This document shows positions 53,140-64,000 of a stretch of DNA of 64,000 bases, one piece after another (position 1 is the first letter of the stretch; each line of letters starts with the position of its first letter). Made by a program: the position numbers and the translations under genes. This DNA is from Octopus vulgaris (Eukaryota). A model generated the notes under the pieces. That model did no database searches, was not told the DNA's origin, and saw only the letters and a program-made list of their open reading frames with translations. The stretch is taken from the NCBI GenBank assembly GCA_951406725.2, contig OX597815.1, positions 161,386,001 through 161,450,000 of the forward strand. The letters are read 5' to 3'.

Positions 53140-53260
53140 GATTTTTTTCTTCTAAATTATTGAATAATAATCTGTTAGCTTTATGTCTACTGACAAATTT
53201 GGTTTGAGTTTCTGTCATTCCCAAATAAACAACACTATCTATATAACAACATGCCATTAT
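53140..53260 (-). pseudogene. Penelope-like GIY-YIG endonuclease scrap
   Basis: VVYLGMTETQTKFVSRHKANRLLFNN resembles the Penelope YIG.TE..FK.R...H..SF motif. Confidence 0.45.
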
Positions 53261-53720
53261 TGCAAAAAGACACTAACTTAATATATTTACATACCTCTCT
53301 CTCTAAATACACACACAGACATGTACACACACACACACACAAACACACACACACCGCATATGTATGTAAGTACATATATATATATAATGTAATAGATAAT
53401 TATCCTATATATTTCCATAAAATTGGTATGTCTGATAAATGTCTACAATATACAACTGTTGGCCATAAATTCCAAATATTTTTCTGATGTTTCATTTTCT
53501 CTTTTGTGTACATGTAAAAAAAAAAAAAAAAAAGGAAAATTTTTAGAATTAAAGCAGGCATAAGAAAAGCAGAAGAAGATGAGATACACACTTTCCAATC
53601 ATGTAATTTTCATGTTCTATCCCGTTGCACAGCACCTTATGCAAGTGTTCTTCTGCTATAGAAGCCTTGTACATGGATTTAGTAAATGGCGATTGGGAAG
53701 AAGCTTTTCTTTGACTTCTC

Positions 53721-53810
53721 CCTCTCTGATGACGGAATAATCAACTTTGGGAATCCTTACTCAATATCATGATCCATATGCTTGGCTGTCCTAGAAATCC
53801 CTTTAAGAGA
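53721..53810 (+). ncRNA. Hammerhead-like motif with extended stem II
   Basis: CTCT-CTGATGA (53726), then GGA.../...TCC, GAAA (53794), and TTA-AGAG closing stem I. Confidence 0.4.
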
Positions 53811-53892
53811 CTCTATATGTTTATATTCTCTATTTAAATTAACTGTATTTTTCAAGTGATGCTAAATGTCTTTCTTTTTCGTTTTTATTTTG

Positions 53893-53965
<73 letters not shown>

Positions 53966-53977
53966 AAAATATAAATA

Positions 53978-54295
53978 TGTGGAGGCGCAATGGCCCAGTG
54001 GTTAGGGCAGTGGACTCATGGTTGGGGGAGCAGTTTCAATTCTCAGACTGGGTGTTGTGTGTGTTTATTGAGCAAAAACACCTAAAGCTCAATGAGGCTC
54101 CAACAGGGGGTGGTGGCGATCCCTGTTGTACTCTTTCGCCCCAACTTTCTCTCACTCTTTCTCCCTGTTTCTTGGGTAACGTTGCGATGGACTGGCAGCC
54201 CGTCCAGCTGAGGGGAAGACATATGCCAAAGAAACCAGGAAACCGGGCCCATGAGCCTGGCTAGGCTTGAAAAGGGCAGATAAATAAATAAATAA
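53978..54295 (+). mobile_element. CORE-like SINE (same family as 45560-45879)
   Basis: GGAGGCGCAATGGCCCAGTGGTTAGGG head; GAGCCTGGCTAGGCTT..(TAAA)n tail. Confidence 0.9.
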
Positions 54296-54804
54296 TGCAT
54301 ATATATATATATATATATGTATTATTTATTTATTTATATATATATATATATTTATATATATATTATATATATATATATGTATATATGTGTGTATATGTAT
54401 ATGTATATATAGTGGGGTGGGTAACATATCAAATGACATAACATGATAGGCACAAGACCTGAAATTTAGTGGGAGGGAACTAGTCAATTACATCAACCCC
54501 AGTGTTTGACTGGTACTTATTTTTATTGACACATAACAGATAAATATAATCAGAGCTCAAGTCAAATTTGTGTCTAAACTCCAACTTTAAATACAGGAAT
54601 GCAGTAGCTGCTTAAATGAAGGTTTGATTTATAGTCAATGTATCAATCAAGCTGGTATATGTATACCAGAACAAAAATACAGACAGGTAAGCAACAGGTA
54701 TGATGTCAGATTATGACATATATTTCTATAACATATAGAGAAAAGAAAATTCATAAACTAGTATAAATTGTGTGAGATATGTAAAAGTTCCCTTTAGAAA
54801 GTTC

Positions 54805-56465
54805 TTAACCCTCTGGTTGTGTGGTTCTGCATTTTTTTTTTTGGAGTGGAGTATGGAGAACTCCACTCAGAGTTTTAGCTATTTTTAGTAATTTTTATTA
54901 TTCTAAATGTGTTCTTAAGCAATAATATTACCAAAAAACGTATTCTGATATAATGTATCTATTTAATATGTGAACAAAAACAAAAGAGTAGTCTTTTAAA
55001 ATGAAGGTTAAACAAAATAAACTACTTTGTGGTGGGGAGAGTGCTACTTTCATATTTATTGTCTACTCATTATTTGCACTATCAACCTCATCATTCTGAG
55101 CAAATCAGACAATGCAAATGTGCATGGCATGTTCCAAGCAGATGGGCTTATCACACTTCTGGCAGAAATTTCTTGTCCTATGATCTTTTTGACCTGGGGC
55201 ACAATAACCATCTTTGTATGGAATCTTTGGAGGTAATTCCTTAGGTACTGAGAAATGTTGAATCTTCCTTCTCAAGTCTTTCCTCAAATATGAGTTTGTC
55301 ATGCAATGATGGATACAGTCCTCCACTACTAGCATGCCTAGGGGGATCGTAGGAGCAGTCCAACCTGAGTAGCACTTTTAAAGTGGCACCACTTTTGGAT
55401 CTGCTGGAGGCAATATTTGTTTTTTGTGGGGTTCTGAGGTGGCAAACTGAAGGACCACCCTGGGCAGTACACACCACGAATATATTGTAGGCATTTATTC
55501 CTGCAACATTGAGTATGGTGTAGAAATCTGTAAGTGGTCAACATCAAGTATTTCTGGAAACATTGTAGATGGAACACAACTGATCCACAGTACCTACCCT
55601 TCCTTTAGTACTGTTGTAGAAGGTAATAATCTTTAGTTTTCTTTTTTCTTTTGTACTTTCATCAATTGCAGCATCATGATACATTGTGCTCATTAGGACA
55701 ACATTTTTATCTTTCTTGGGAAGATATGAGGTCAGTGTAACTTCCTTCTGGAAACCAAACGAGCTTGTGTATTCAGTTCTGCCTCTTATGGCAACAAACT
55801 GAAGGGGAACATTCTGTCTTGTTCTTTCTCAGAGTGCCAACTAATGTTAATCTATAATTCTTCAAAAGATCAACTGCAAGTCCGTAACTTGTAAACCAAT
55901 TGTAATATTTCTTCCAGACCCAATTATAGAAGACACCAACCTTTTCACCACTGCTGCTCCAGAATTATCTACTATAGAATGGCCCTCTGGTTGTTTCTCC
56001 AAGTAGACCTACCTCCGTACATGACTCATAGAAAGTTTTAGCATCTGCTAAAATAAATATCTTCATGCCATATTTTGCTGATTTACTTGGCATGTAGACC
56101 TTGAATGGGCAGTTCCCTCTAAAGGCAGCCAACATTTCATTTATTGTCACATACTCTGAGACATTATAATTGGAGATACAATTATCAACAAATTTCTCAA
56201 AGAACTTTCTAAAAGGTGAAAACTTATCTTCTAACCTCCTTTCAGCCCGGGTGTGGATGTCATCAAACCTCATAGACCTCAGCAGGAAACAAAATCACTG
56301 CAAGAGATATAGTTACTAGAAAAAATTCAATTCCTGTACCATCAGTTGCCCAAACATCTTCCATATTCATTTGGATAGCTCTGAAAACTCCTAAGAGATA
56401 AAGCAGTCCTATAGCAGCTTTTATCTCCTCTTTATTAGTATGGCTTTCTTTTGACTTAACTTTAT
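54805..56465 (-). mobile_element. Decayed piggyBac transposon (transposase remnant plus one terminus)
   Basis: EIKAAIGLLYLLG, MRFDD, VTINEML..FRG.CPFKVYMPSKSAKYGMK, VGTLRKNK, YNSTKGRVGTVDQ and C-terminal CQKCDKPICLEH; TTAA-CCC end at 54805. Confidence 0.9.
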
Positions 56466-57202
56466 ATTTTCCAGCATGGCCACAGTCAAATGACTGAAAC
56501 GAGTAAAAGAATAAAAGAATAAACACTGGGGTGAATGTAATCGACTTATCCCCTTCCACGAAGAACTGCTGGCCCTATATCAAATTTGAAATTAATATAT
56601 TACTGCTAATTGTTTATAACTTGTTAGAATGTTATAATGTTATCTGATGGTAATATTTTTTGCAAGAAAAGTGGTAAGCTGGCAGAATCATTACCACACT
56701 GGGCAAAATGATTAGCAGTATTCCATACATCCTGGGTTCAAATGCCACTGAGCTTGATTTTGCTTTAGATCCTTTTGGGGGAGGGGTCAATAAAATAAGA
56801 ACCAGTTGCATTTTGGGGTTGATCTAATTGACTTAACCCCTCCTCCAAAATTGCTAGCCTTTGTGCCAAAACTTGAAACCAATATTTGTCACAAGACTGA
56901 CTGTCACATTCTGACTAGTTATATGTCACAACCAGTAAAATATTGCTTGACAACACACACACACACATTATATAGCTTACTGTTCTGTTATAGGTAGGAT
57001 CAACAAAAGAATTATAGGATCAACAAAAATAAAATATTTTATCCAGTGAGACATAAATATCATTTAATATTAAAAAAAAGAGCTACTATTAGTTTCATGC
57101 TATAGCAATACAATAATATGGCAGATTTATATAATATGCCATGTGTCTTCAAGGTTGGCTTTTATACAATAGCCATGGCTCAACCAATATCTTGTGAGTG
57201 AA

Positions 57203-57416
57203 AAGGGGACAAGCTAGCAGAAACGTTAGTATGCCGGGTGAAATGCTTAGCGGTATTTCACCTGTCTTTATGTTCTGAGTTCAAATTCCGTTGAGGTCGA
57301 CTTTGCCTTTCATCCTTTCGAGGTTGATAAACTAAGTACCAGTTATGTACTGGTGTCGATCTAATCGACTGGCCCCCTCCCCAAAAATTTCGGGCCTTGT
57401 GCCTAGAGTAGAAAAG
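57203..57416 (+). mobile_element. SINE family A with a 17-bp TSD
   Basis: AATATCTTGTGAGTGAA at 57186-57202 and 57417-57433. Confidence 0.9.
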
Positions 57417-57688
57417 AATATCTTGTGAGTGAATGAAGGTGGGAGATAAAAACTGAAGAATTCTATCAAATGTATGTATATATAAGTGTGTGCATGTATG
57501 TGTGTGTGTGTGTATGAGAGAGAGGGAGTTCATTTTTACCCCTCTCATCTTCATGTGTGTTCACTTACAGAAAATAAAAGATTCATTCAAAGTAAGTCAT
57601 TTGTTTCCAGCACACCACAAAACTTATGTCTGAGCTATTCATTGTTTGGTAGACTAGAGGATTATTACCTTACTTAAAAACAGGTGGT

Positions 57689-57962
57689 GTGGAGGTGTTT
57701 GGCTTAGTGGTTAGGGTGTCAGCATCATGATCATAAGATTGTGGTTTCGATTCCTAGACTGGGCAATGTGTTGTGTTCTTGAGCAAAACACTTCATTTCA
57801 TGTTGCTCCAGTCCACTCAGCTGACAAAAATGAGTAACGCTGCAATGGACTGGCGTCCCATCCAGCTGGGGAACACATATGCCATTGAAACTGGGAAACC
57901 GGGCCAATGAGCCTGGCTAGGCTTTAAAAAGGGCGCATTTATTTATTTATTTATTTATTTAT
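57689..57962 (+). mobile_element. CORE-like SINE with an (ATTT)n tail
   Basis: TGGCTTAGTGGTTAGG, GGTTTCGATTCC, TTCTTGAGCAAAACACTTCATTTC core. Confidence 0.85.
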
Positions 57963-58009
57963 TTTTCAAACAAGTGAGTGTGTATGCAATGTATGCATAT
58001 TTTATGAAA

Positions 58010-58285
58010 ACTGGTAACTAAAGGCCTCTTCCTCAGAGTGAAAGGCAGATTATTGGATGCCTGTGTATGTAAAGCTATGCTACATGGCAGTGAAACATGG
58101 GCTTTGACTACAAAGGATTTGCGATATCGTGAAATAAATGAAGCTGGCAAGCTCTGCAGGATGGGTAATGTCAGTATGTACACAAGAAAGAGTGTAAATG
58201 ATTTAAGAGGAAAACTAAGTATAAGAGACATTACATGCTGTGTACAAGAGAAGACTGCACTGGTTTGATCATGTGATGGTGATGA
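58010..58285 (+). pseudogene. RTE C-terminal fragment
   Basis: KGRLLDACVCKAMLHGSETWAL. Confidence 0.8.
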
Positions 58286-58340
58286 TGATGACAACGATGA
58301 TGACGACGTCGACTATTATTATGATTATGATTATTATTAT

Positions 58341-58797
58341 TGAGAGACCAGTGCATGCCATCAAAGTGACACTGGGGTAAAATATGCGCAGCCCAGTATA
58401 CCCATCATGACTACCCATCTGATAAGGGTACACTAGGCACATGTGTTACAACCATATGTGTGCGACATGGTGATCTCATATCAAGATTAACAGTGCATGA
58501 CCTTGCAGGTGGAGCCCAGTTAGAATTTTCTTCAGGTCGAGTAACCCATCCCGCTCAAAAAGTCCCTGAATAAAGGTTGTTTATGGATGTTGAACGAAAC
58601 ACCCATGTTTCCAGAGGTGAATTATTCAAACCCCAAACAATCCCTCTCAACACGTGGCTATGATGATCCCCCACTACTTCTGCTCATGATCAGAGATGCA
58701 CATATTGTCAGCCACTAAGGGAAATGCTCAACTGGTTAAGGTCAAACAACTGACAAGCAAATCTGTGGTATTGAGCAGAATATTTGCTGTAGCCCAT
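58341..58797 (-). mobile_element. Non-coding element embedded in (ATT)n (homologue of 45-468)
   Basis: Collinear similarity with 45-468 over about 300 bp; ATT repeats at both ends. Confidence 0.75.
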
Positions 58798-59289
58798 TAT
58801 TATTATTGTTGTTGTTGTTGTTGTTGGTGTTGTCGTCGTCGTCGTCGTCGTCATCGTCGTCATCATCGTCATCATCATCATCATCATTATTATTTTTGTT
58901 ATCATTATTAAAAGATACCAAGGAGATGAGTTATGATAAACAAAAACTATTACAGAATAAATATGTATGTCTACAAATGAGACAAGTCTGGCAAGCAGTA
59001 ATGTATATATTCTGTCATATGTCTTGGAAAACGACTCAGAAAAATGTATTATGACACTTCAATTTCACCTTAATGCACAGATGTTAAAGACACCAACAGG
59101 CAGCTTACTGCATCACCATGAATATTAACCAGTATTTATTGGTAGAATAATAGTTGAGCCAATGTGAGCTCATGTGTAGGTAAGTATTCGTGTGCTTAAG
59201 TGTATACATACAAACATTAATATGGTTATTACTGAATACTAATACTACATATTATTGAATATGAATATTTGTTATATATATATATACAC

Positions 59290-59382
<93 letters not shown>

Positions 59383-59619
59383 TTTCCACAGCTCTGTTCT
59401 CTCTCTTGCTCTTTCCTTTTCATGAGAGAGTTTGATTTTTTTTTTCAATTTCCAGGAGTGTCCATATTAAAATGAACTTCTCCTGTCCATCAGTTGCCTA
59501 CTCAGCCAGTTTGAAACCTTTCAGCTGCATCTCATAAAAATGTTTCTGCTCACAGAGATCTTGTTTATCAGTATGCTGGCCTTTCTTTCTGGAGTATATT
59601 TAGTGCATATAGCTTGCAC

Positions 59620-60720
59620 TGTTGACATAAGCTGACTGAGTTTCAAGCAATGTCTTGCATAGAATTTCAGACCAGTTTCGTTTGTGGATCTCTTTACAGA
59701 TTGATTTTCATTCTGCTTTATTGAAATTCAAGTTGGATATGGCTCAAGTCCTTCTGATAGGGTAGATGCCAACAGTTCCCTTAGGATCATACATTGTTAT
59801 TTCAACAATGTTGTGGTCGGAGAGTTCTGCTGGCATCATCTTAACATTATGGATATTTGTAAAGCAGAGATCCAAGATGCTGTTTCCCCTGGTTGGCTTG
59901 CATATCACTTGTTCCATGAACAGCATACTAGAAAGATCAAGCAATGAGTCTACATGCTTTTGCTCATGCTGTGACATCCCAGAGAGGATGTGGATTTCCA
60001 GCCATTTACATTCAGGAGGTTGAAGTCACCAACGTGAAGTATATTGATGTGTTGATCTAGGTTTGTCAATACCTTTTCTATGTGTCCAAGTTTATCCTCA
60101 AATTTGCCATCATATTTTGTGGTATCTGGCAGACAATATGTTATGCAGACACCTACATCAATTTGATTTATATATATTATGAGGGTGTCACAGCAATATA
60201 AGGGGTGTGAAATCTTCACAGATGCACATATCAACTCCTCCATGGCTTCTTTCCCTTCTGTCTGTACAAAATACAGCATACCTATTTCTTTATTACCCAC
60301 AAGGGGCTAAACACAGAGGGGACAAACAAGGACAGACGTAGGTATTAAGTCGATTATATCGACCCCAGTGCGTAACTGGTACTTAATTTATCGACCCCGA
60401 AAGGATGAAAGGCAAAGTCGACCTCGACGGAATTTGAACTCACAACGTAACAGCAGACAAAATACCGCTAAGCATTTCGCTCGGCATGCTAACGATTCTG
60501 CCAGCATACCCTGGTATATGTACTTCTACATCTGTTATATTGGAGGTTACATGCATTTCTATGAGTGTCCTGCATATTGCTTAGTTGCGTGCTGTGAGTA
60601 GATCTCCAATCTTTAATAGGAATATAGGTTTGATATCTGGTGTTTCTGGGTCCATCACCTGAGGTGGTCTGGTACATTGATATGCATGGCTTCAATTTGG
60701 CATCCATGTCAGATGCTGTA
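59620..60720 (-). pseudogene. CR1/L2-group LINE APE endonuclease fragment, interrupted by a SINE
   Basis: EVHIPGYAVFCTDRRERSHGGV (after removing the SINE), VGDFN, PTRGNSILDLCFTN, LSDHNIV. Confidence 0.85.
60283..60501 (-). mobile_element. Young-looking SINE family A copy
   Basis: CpGs retained; CAGCATACC duplicated at 60274-60282 and 60502-60510. Confidence 0.9.
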
Positions 60721-61440
60721 CTATCTTCTAGGCCATGTTACAAAATGCCTGTTGCTCAACAGCTGCAGTTTGTACAGCCTCTGTATATTGCCTTTTGAGA
60801 GATTTAACTTTAAGAACGTTTAAAGAGAAAGGAAAGGAAAGACGTCTGTAACAAAAAGGTGAACGAAGGAAAAGTGGGGTCATTATGTGTTAAAACGAAT
60901 CGAAATAGTGAACTTTAAGAATGTTCAAGTATAAGTAGAGGCCGTATGGTTATGGAGATAGAAGCAAGAAAATGTGAGAAGTTGTGGATAAGCAGAACTA
61001 AAATATTTAACGTGTAAGAATTTTCAATTAGATATTTTCTTAGAAAGCAATAAAGTTAGAATAAACGGTTAATGCTGATGTTATTACTCGGAAACAAAAG
61101 CGAAAAAAAATTGTGCAATGGGTGTAAAAAAAAAGGTGTAGGAAACGAATATGAAAACAGAAATGCCCAGAAAGCAACGGGAGTGGGGAAAGGCCTTTGA
61201 AAAAGTCACAAGATCTGATGTTTTTCCCTCACAACTTTTAGGAAAATGAGTCTTTTTTAATGAAATTTTATATAAATATCTTTCAAATGGTATAGATTAC
61301 GATTATAAAGAAATTTGTGAGGAAAATCTTTTCCAAGGGGGTGGGGAGAGAACTTTGGAAAATTCACAAGATTTATACGATCCGAGTTTTTCCCTCTTAA
61401 CTTTGAGGAAAATATATATATTCTTCTTTCTTAACGTCCG

Positions 61441-61486
<46 letters not shown>

Positions 61487-61564
61487 CACACACACACACA
61501 TATGTATATATACACACACATATATGTATATATATATATATATATGTGTGTATATATACACACA

Positions 61565-61607
<43 letters not shown>

Positions 61608-61629
61608 GCATATAAATATACATGTATAT

Positions 61630-61672
61630 AAATATTAGTTGAGTAGTTCTTGAATTTTAGTGATGCATGCAT

Positions 61673-61703
<31 letters not shown>

Positions 61704-61730
61704 CACATTCTCAATTTTATATATATATGT
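61630..61730 (-). mobile_element. Helitron-type 5' terminal fragment
   Basis: Minus strand TATATATAAAATTGAGAATGTGTG(TCTG)n..AACTACTCAAC resembles the 5' end at 36929. Confidence 0.5.
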
Positions 61731-61744
61731 ATGTATATATTTTC

Positions 61745-62030
61745 TTTTACTTTTTTACTTGTTTCAGTCATTTGACTGCGGCCATGCTGGAGCACCATCT
61801 TAAATTGTTTTAGTCGGAGAAATCAACCCCAGGACTTAATCTTTGTAAACCTATTACTTATTCTATCGATCTCTTTTTGCTGAACTACTAAGTTATGGGG
61901 ACATAAACACACTGTCTACCAAATCCACTCACAAGGCTTTGGTCAACCCAAGGCTATAGAAGAAAACACTTGCCCAAGGTGCCACGCAGTGGGACTGAAC
62001 ACGGAACCATGTGAAGCAAGCTTCTTGAAA
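61745..62030 (-). mobile_element. SINE family B lacking the central microsatellite segment
   Basis: Tail joins the core directly (ACATAAACACACTGTCTACCAAATCC). Confidence 0.8.
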
Positions 62031-62339
62031 CACGTTTGCGTATTGCTTATTCCAGTACTTCAAAGTTGTGTGTAGATGTTATATCTGTGTGAGGTAAGCA
62101 TAATACTTGAAAAATATTGGAATTTTTTTTTTTTTTTTGGTAATTACATATCAAAATAGGAAACTGGCAAAAGATCTTTGGTGTTATTTATTCACCATTA
62201 CACATGTTTCATTTGCAAATAGGAGTTACATGTAGGAGAAACATAAGCTATCTGTTATCAGAAATTATATAAAATCAAATAATAATAATGTTATTCTCTG
62301 TCTGAAGAGGGAGGTTTAGGTAGAGATAATACCTTAGTT

Positions 62340-62999
62340 TCCCACAGCATCGCCCTTAAAGGTGCAGGGGTACACTGGTTCTCAGTAGAAGCAGTTACCA
62401 CATGCTGGTAACTGCTTCTACTGGCAAGCTTGGTGAGAGACTGTGCACCAGCAAGCATTTCTAAGACCCACTAAAATGCCATAATAGACACACAAACAAA
62501 ACTTAATATGCCAGATTGGTCAAGGCCTGGAAAACCAACAGCAACATTTTCCACTGCAGTTACCTTGGGAGGAGGTGAACAATGTGCAACTGGGTTGGTG
62601 ATAACAACAGTGAAAACACACTGATTACCTTCAGCCTTCCCAGAGACAATACAGTCTTTGGGATGTGGAACATCCACACTCTGTATGCTTTGTGGAGATG
62701 TGAAAGAACCTACTCATGGACTTGATGGCTGGGCCTGGGATATCCTAGGGCTGGCTAAAGTCAGGTGGACAGGATTTGGTGAGACAACAACAGATGAAAG
62801 CCACAAACTGTGGTACAGCAGAGATGACACCAAACATGAACATGGAATAGGCTTCATTGTTATAGCTAGAGTAAGCTCAGTCACCAGTTGTACACCAGTA
62901 TCCAGCTGGCTTATCACCTTACATATGCCTGCAAGACCACAGAATATATCCATCATAGAAGTTTATGCACCAATGCTTGAATATGATGATGATAAAATG
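62340..62999 (+). pseudogene. RTE 5' UTR and APE endonuclease N-terminus
   Basis: WDILGLAKVRWTGFGETTTDESHKLWYS..HEHGIGFIV...ISIIEVYAP. Confidence 0.85.
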
Positions 63000-63011
63000 A
63001 AATAAAAGTAC

Positions 63012-63449
63012 ATTATTTACATTATTTACATTCGATGGATATTTGTCTTCATCTTGTTTGTTGTTAACACAATGTTTCGGCTGATATACCCGCCAGCCTT
63101 CTTCAGGTGCCCATGGGCATAGTGGTTAAGAGTGCAGGCTACTAACCCCAAGATTCCGAGTTCAATTCCAAGCAGTGACCTGAACAATAACAATAATAAT
63201 AGCAACAACAACAACAACAACAACAATAATAATAATTAATAATAATAATAATAATAATAACAATAACATCGAAAAATACTTTAGGAATGAGAACCCAGGT
63301 TCGAAAATTTCCCCAAGACACCTGAAGAAGGCTGGAGGGTATATCAGCTGAAATGTTTTAACAACAAACAAGAGGAGGAAAAATATCCATCGAATGTAAA
63401 TAATGTAAATAATGTACATAATTTCTCATCTCTTAAATTTAGAACTGTA
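63012..63449 (+). mobile_element. Composite tRNA-head / hammerhead-tail element with a 5' inverted tail copy
   Basis: TSD AAATAAAAGTAC (63000-63011 and 63450-63461); A box TGGGCATAGTGG; B box GAGTTCAATTCC (63158-63169); CTGAAGA-GGCTG..CAGC(C/T)-GAAA in both inverted arms. Confidence 0.75.
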
Positions 63450-63707
63450 AAATAAAAGTACCAGTCAAGTACTTGAGTTAAAAGCCCCTCCTCCTAAATT
63501 GGTTTACCTCGGGCCAAACATTTGAAACATTTGTTTTAGCTTTGCTTTATTTTATACAAGTTGCAACCATGTCTCATCCAGATTTGTCAAGAGGTAAGAC
63601 TTTGCATCTAAAGATGGTAACAGGTAAGGTGTCATGCTGCTAAGAAAACTGAAGATTTTTTTTTTGTCTTAATTGCATGGCATCTCACTTGTTGGCATTT
63701 AGTATTA

Positions 63708-63920
63708 AGGTGGTGAGATGGCAGAATCCTTACTGCACCAGACAAAATGCTTAGAGGTATTGCTTCTGGAATCTTCTGAATGTTCTGAATTTAAATGTCT
63801 CTGAAGCTGACCTTGCCTTTCATCCTTTTGGGGGTTGATAAAATAAGTATCAGTTGAGCACTGGGTATTGATGTAATTAACTAGGCCCCTTCTCCAAAAT
63901 TTCAGTAGAAAGGATTATCA
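63708..63920 (+). mobile_element. SINE family A
   Basis: Head, core and AGTAGAAAGGATT tail. Confidence 0.75.
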
Positions 63921-64000
63921 TTTTCATCACTAAGCTAGCAAACAAATATGTTAATCATTTTACCATAGCAACATAGTGACAAATAAGCTTGTCAAATGTC

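Noticed and set aside
55105-56559. Domesticated PGBD-like gene
   Set aside because: Frameshifts and stops, the first catalytic Asp reads Asn (TINEM), and the 5' part is missing.
62296-62342. CTGAAGA hammerhead start
   Set aside because: Truncated by RTE sequence; no GAAA or closing stem I.
63111-63180. tRNA gene (also other A/B-box heads in the window)
   Set aside because: No complete cloverleaf or poly-T terminator; these are SINE heads.

Overview
AT-rich eukaryotic, almost entirely repeat-derived DNA. The SINE families, compound (TA/CA/TATG) microsatellites and (ATT)n tracts look like an octopod/coleoid cephalopod genome (inferred by eye, not by search). No intact protein-coding gene, true tRNA/rRNA gene or CRISPR array is supportable, and most track ORFs are microsatellite artefacts. 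Recognisable coding remnants are all decayed transposons: R4/Dong-like and HERO-like restriction-like-endonuclease (RLE) retroelements, several RTE pieces, CR1/L2-like pieces, a Helitron RepHel remnant, a piggyBac transposase, mariner pieces and a Penelope-like GIY-YIG scrap. Non-coding elements include tRNA-derived SINE families, a well-formed non-autonomous Helitron, MITEs, a probable solo LTR and several long fold-backs. The most unusual signal is a set of hammerhead-ribozyme (HHR)-like motifs. The best is a 438-bp element at 63012-63449, bounded by a target-site duplication (TSD), that joins a tRNA-like Pol III head to an HHR-bearing Penelope-like tail and carries an inverted copy of that tail at its 5' end. 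Boundaries of decayed elements are approximate, and all family names come from motif recognition by eye.
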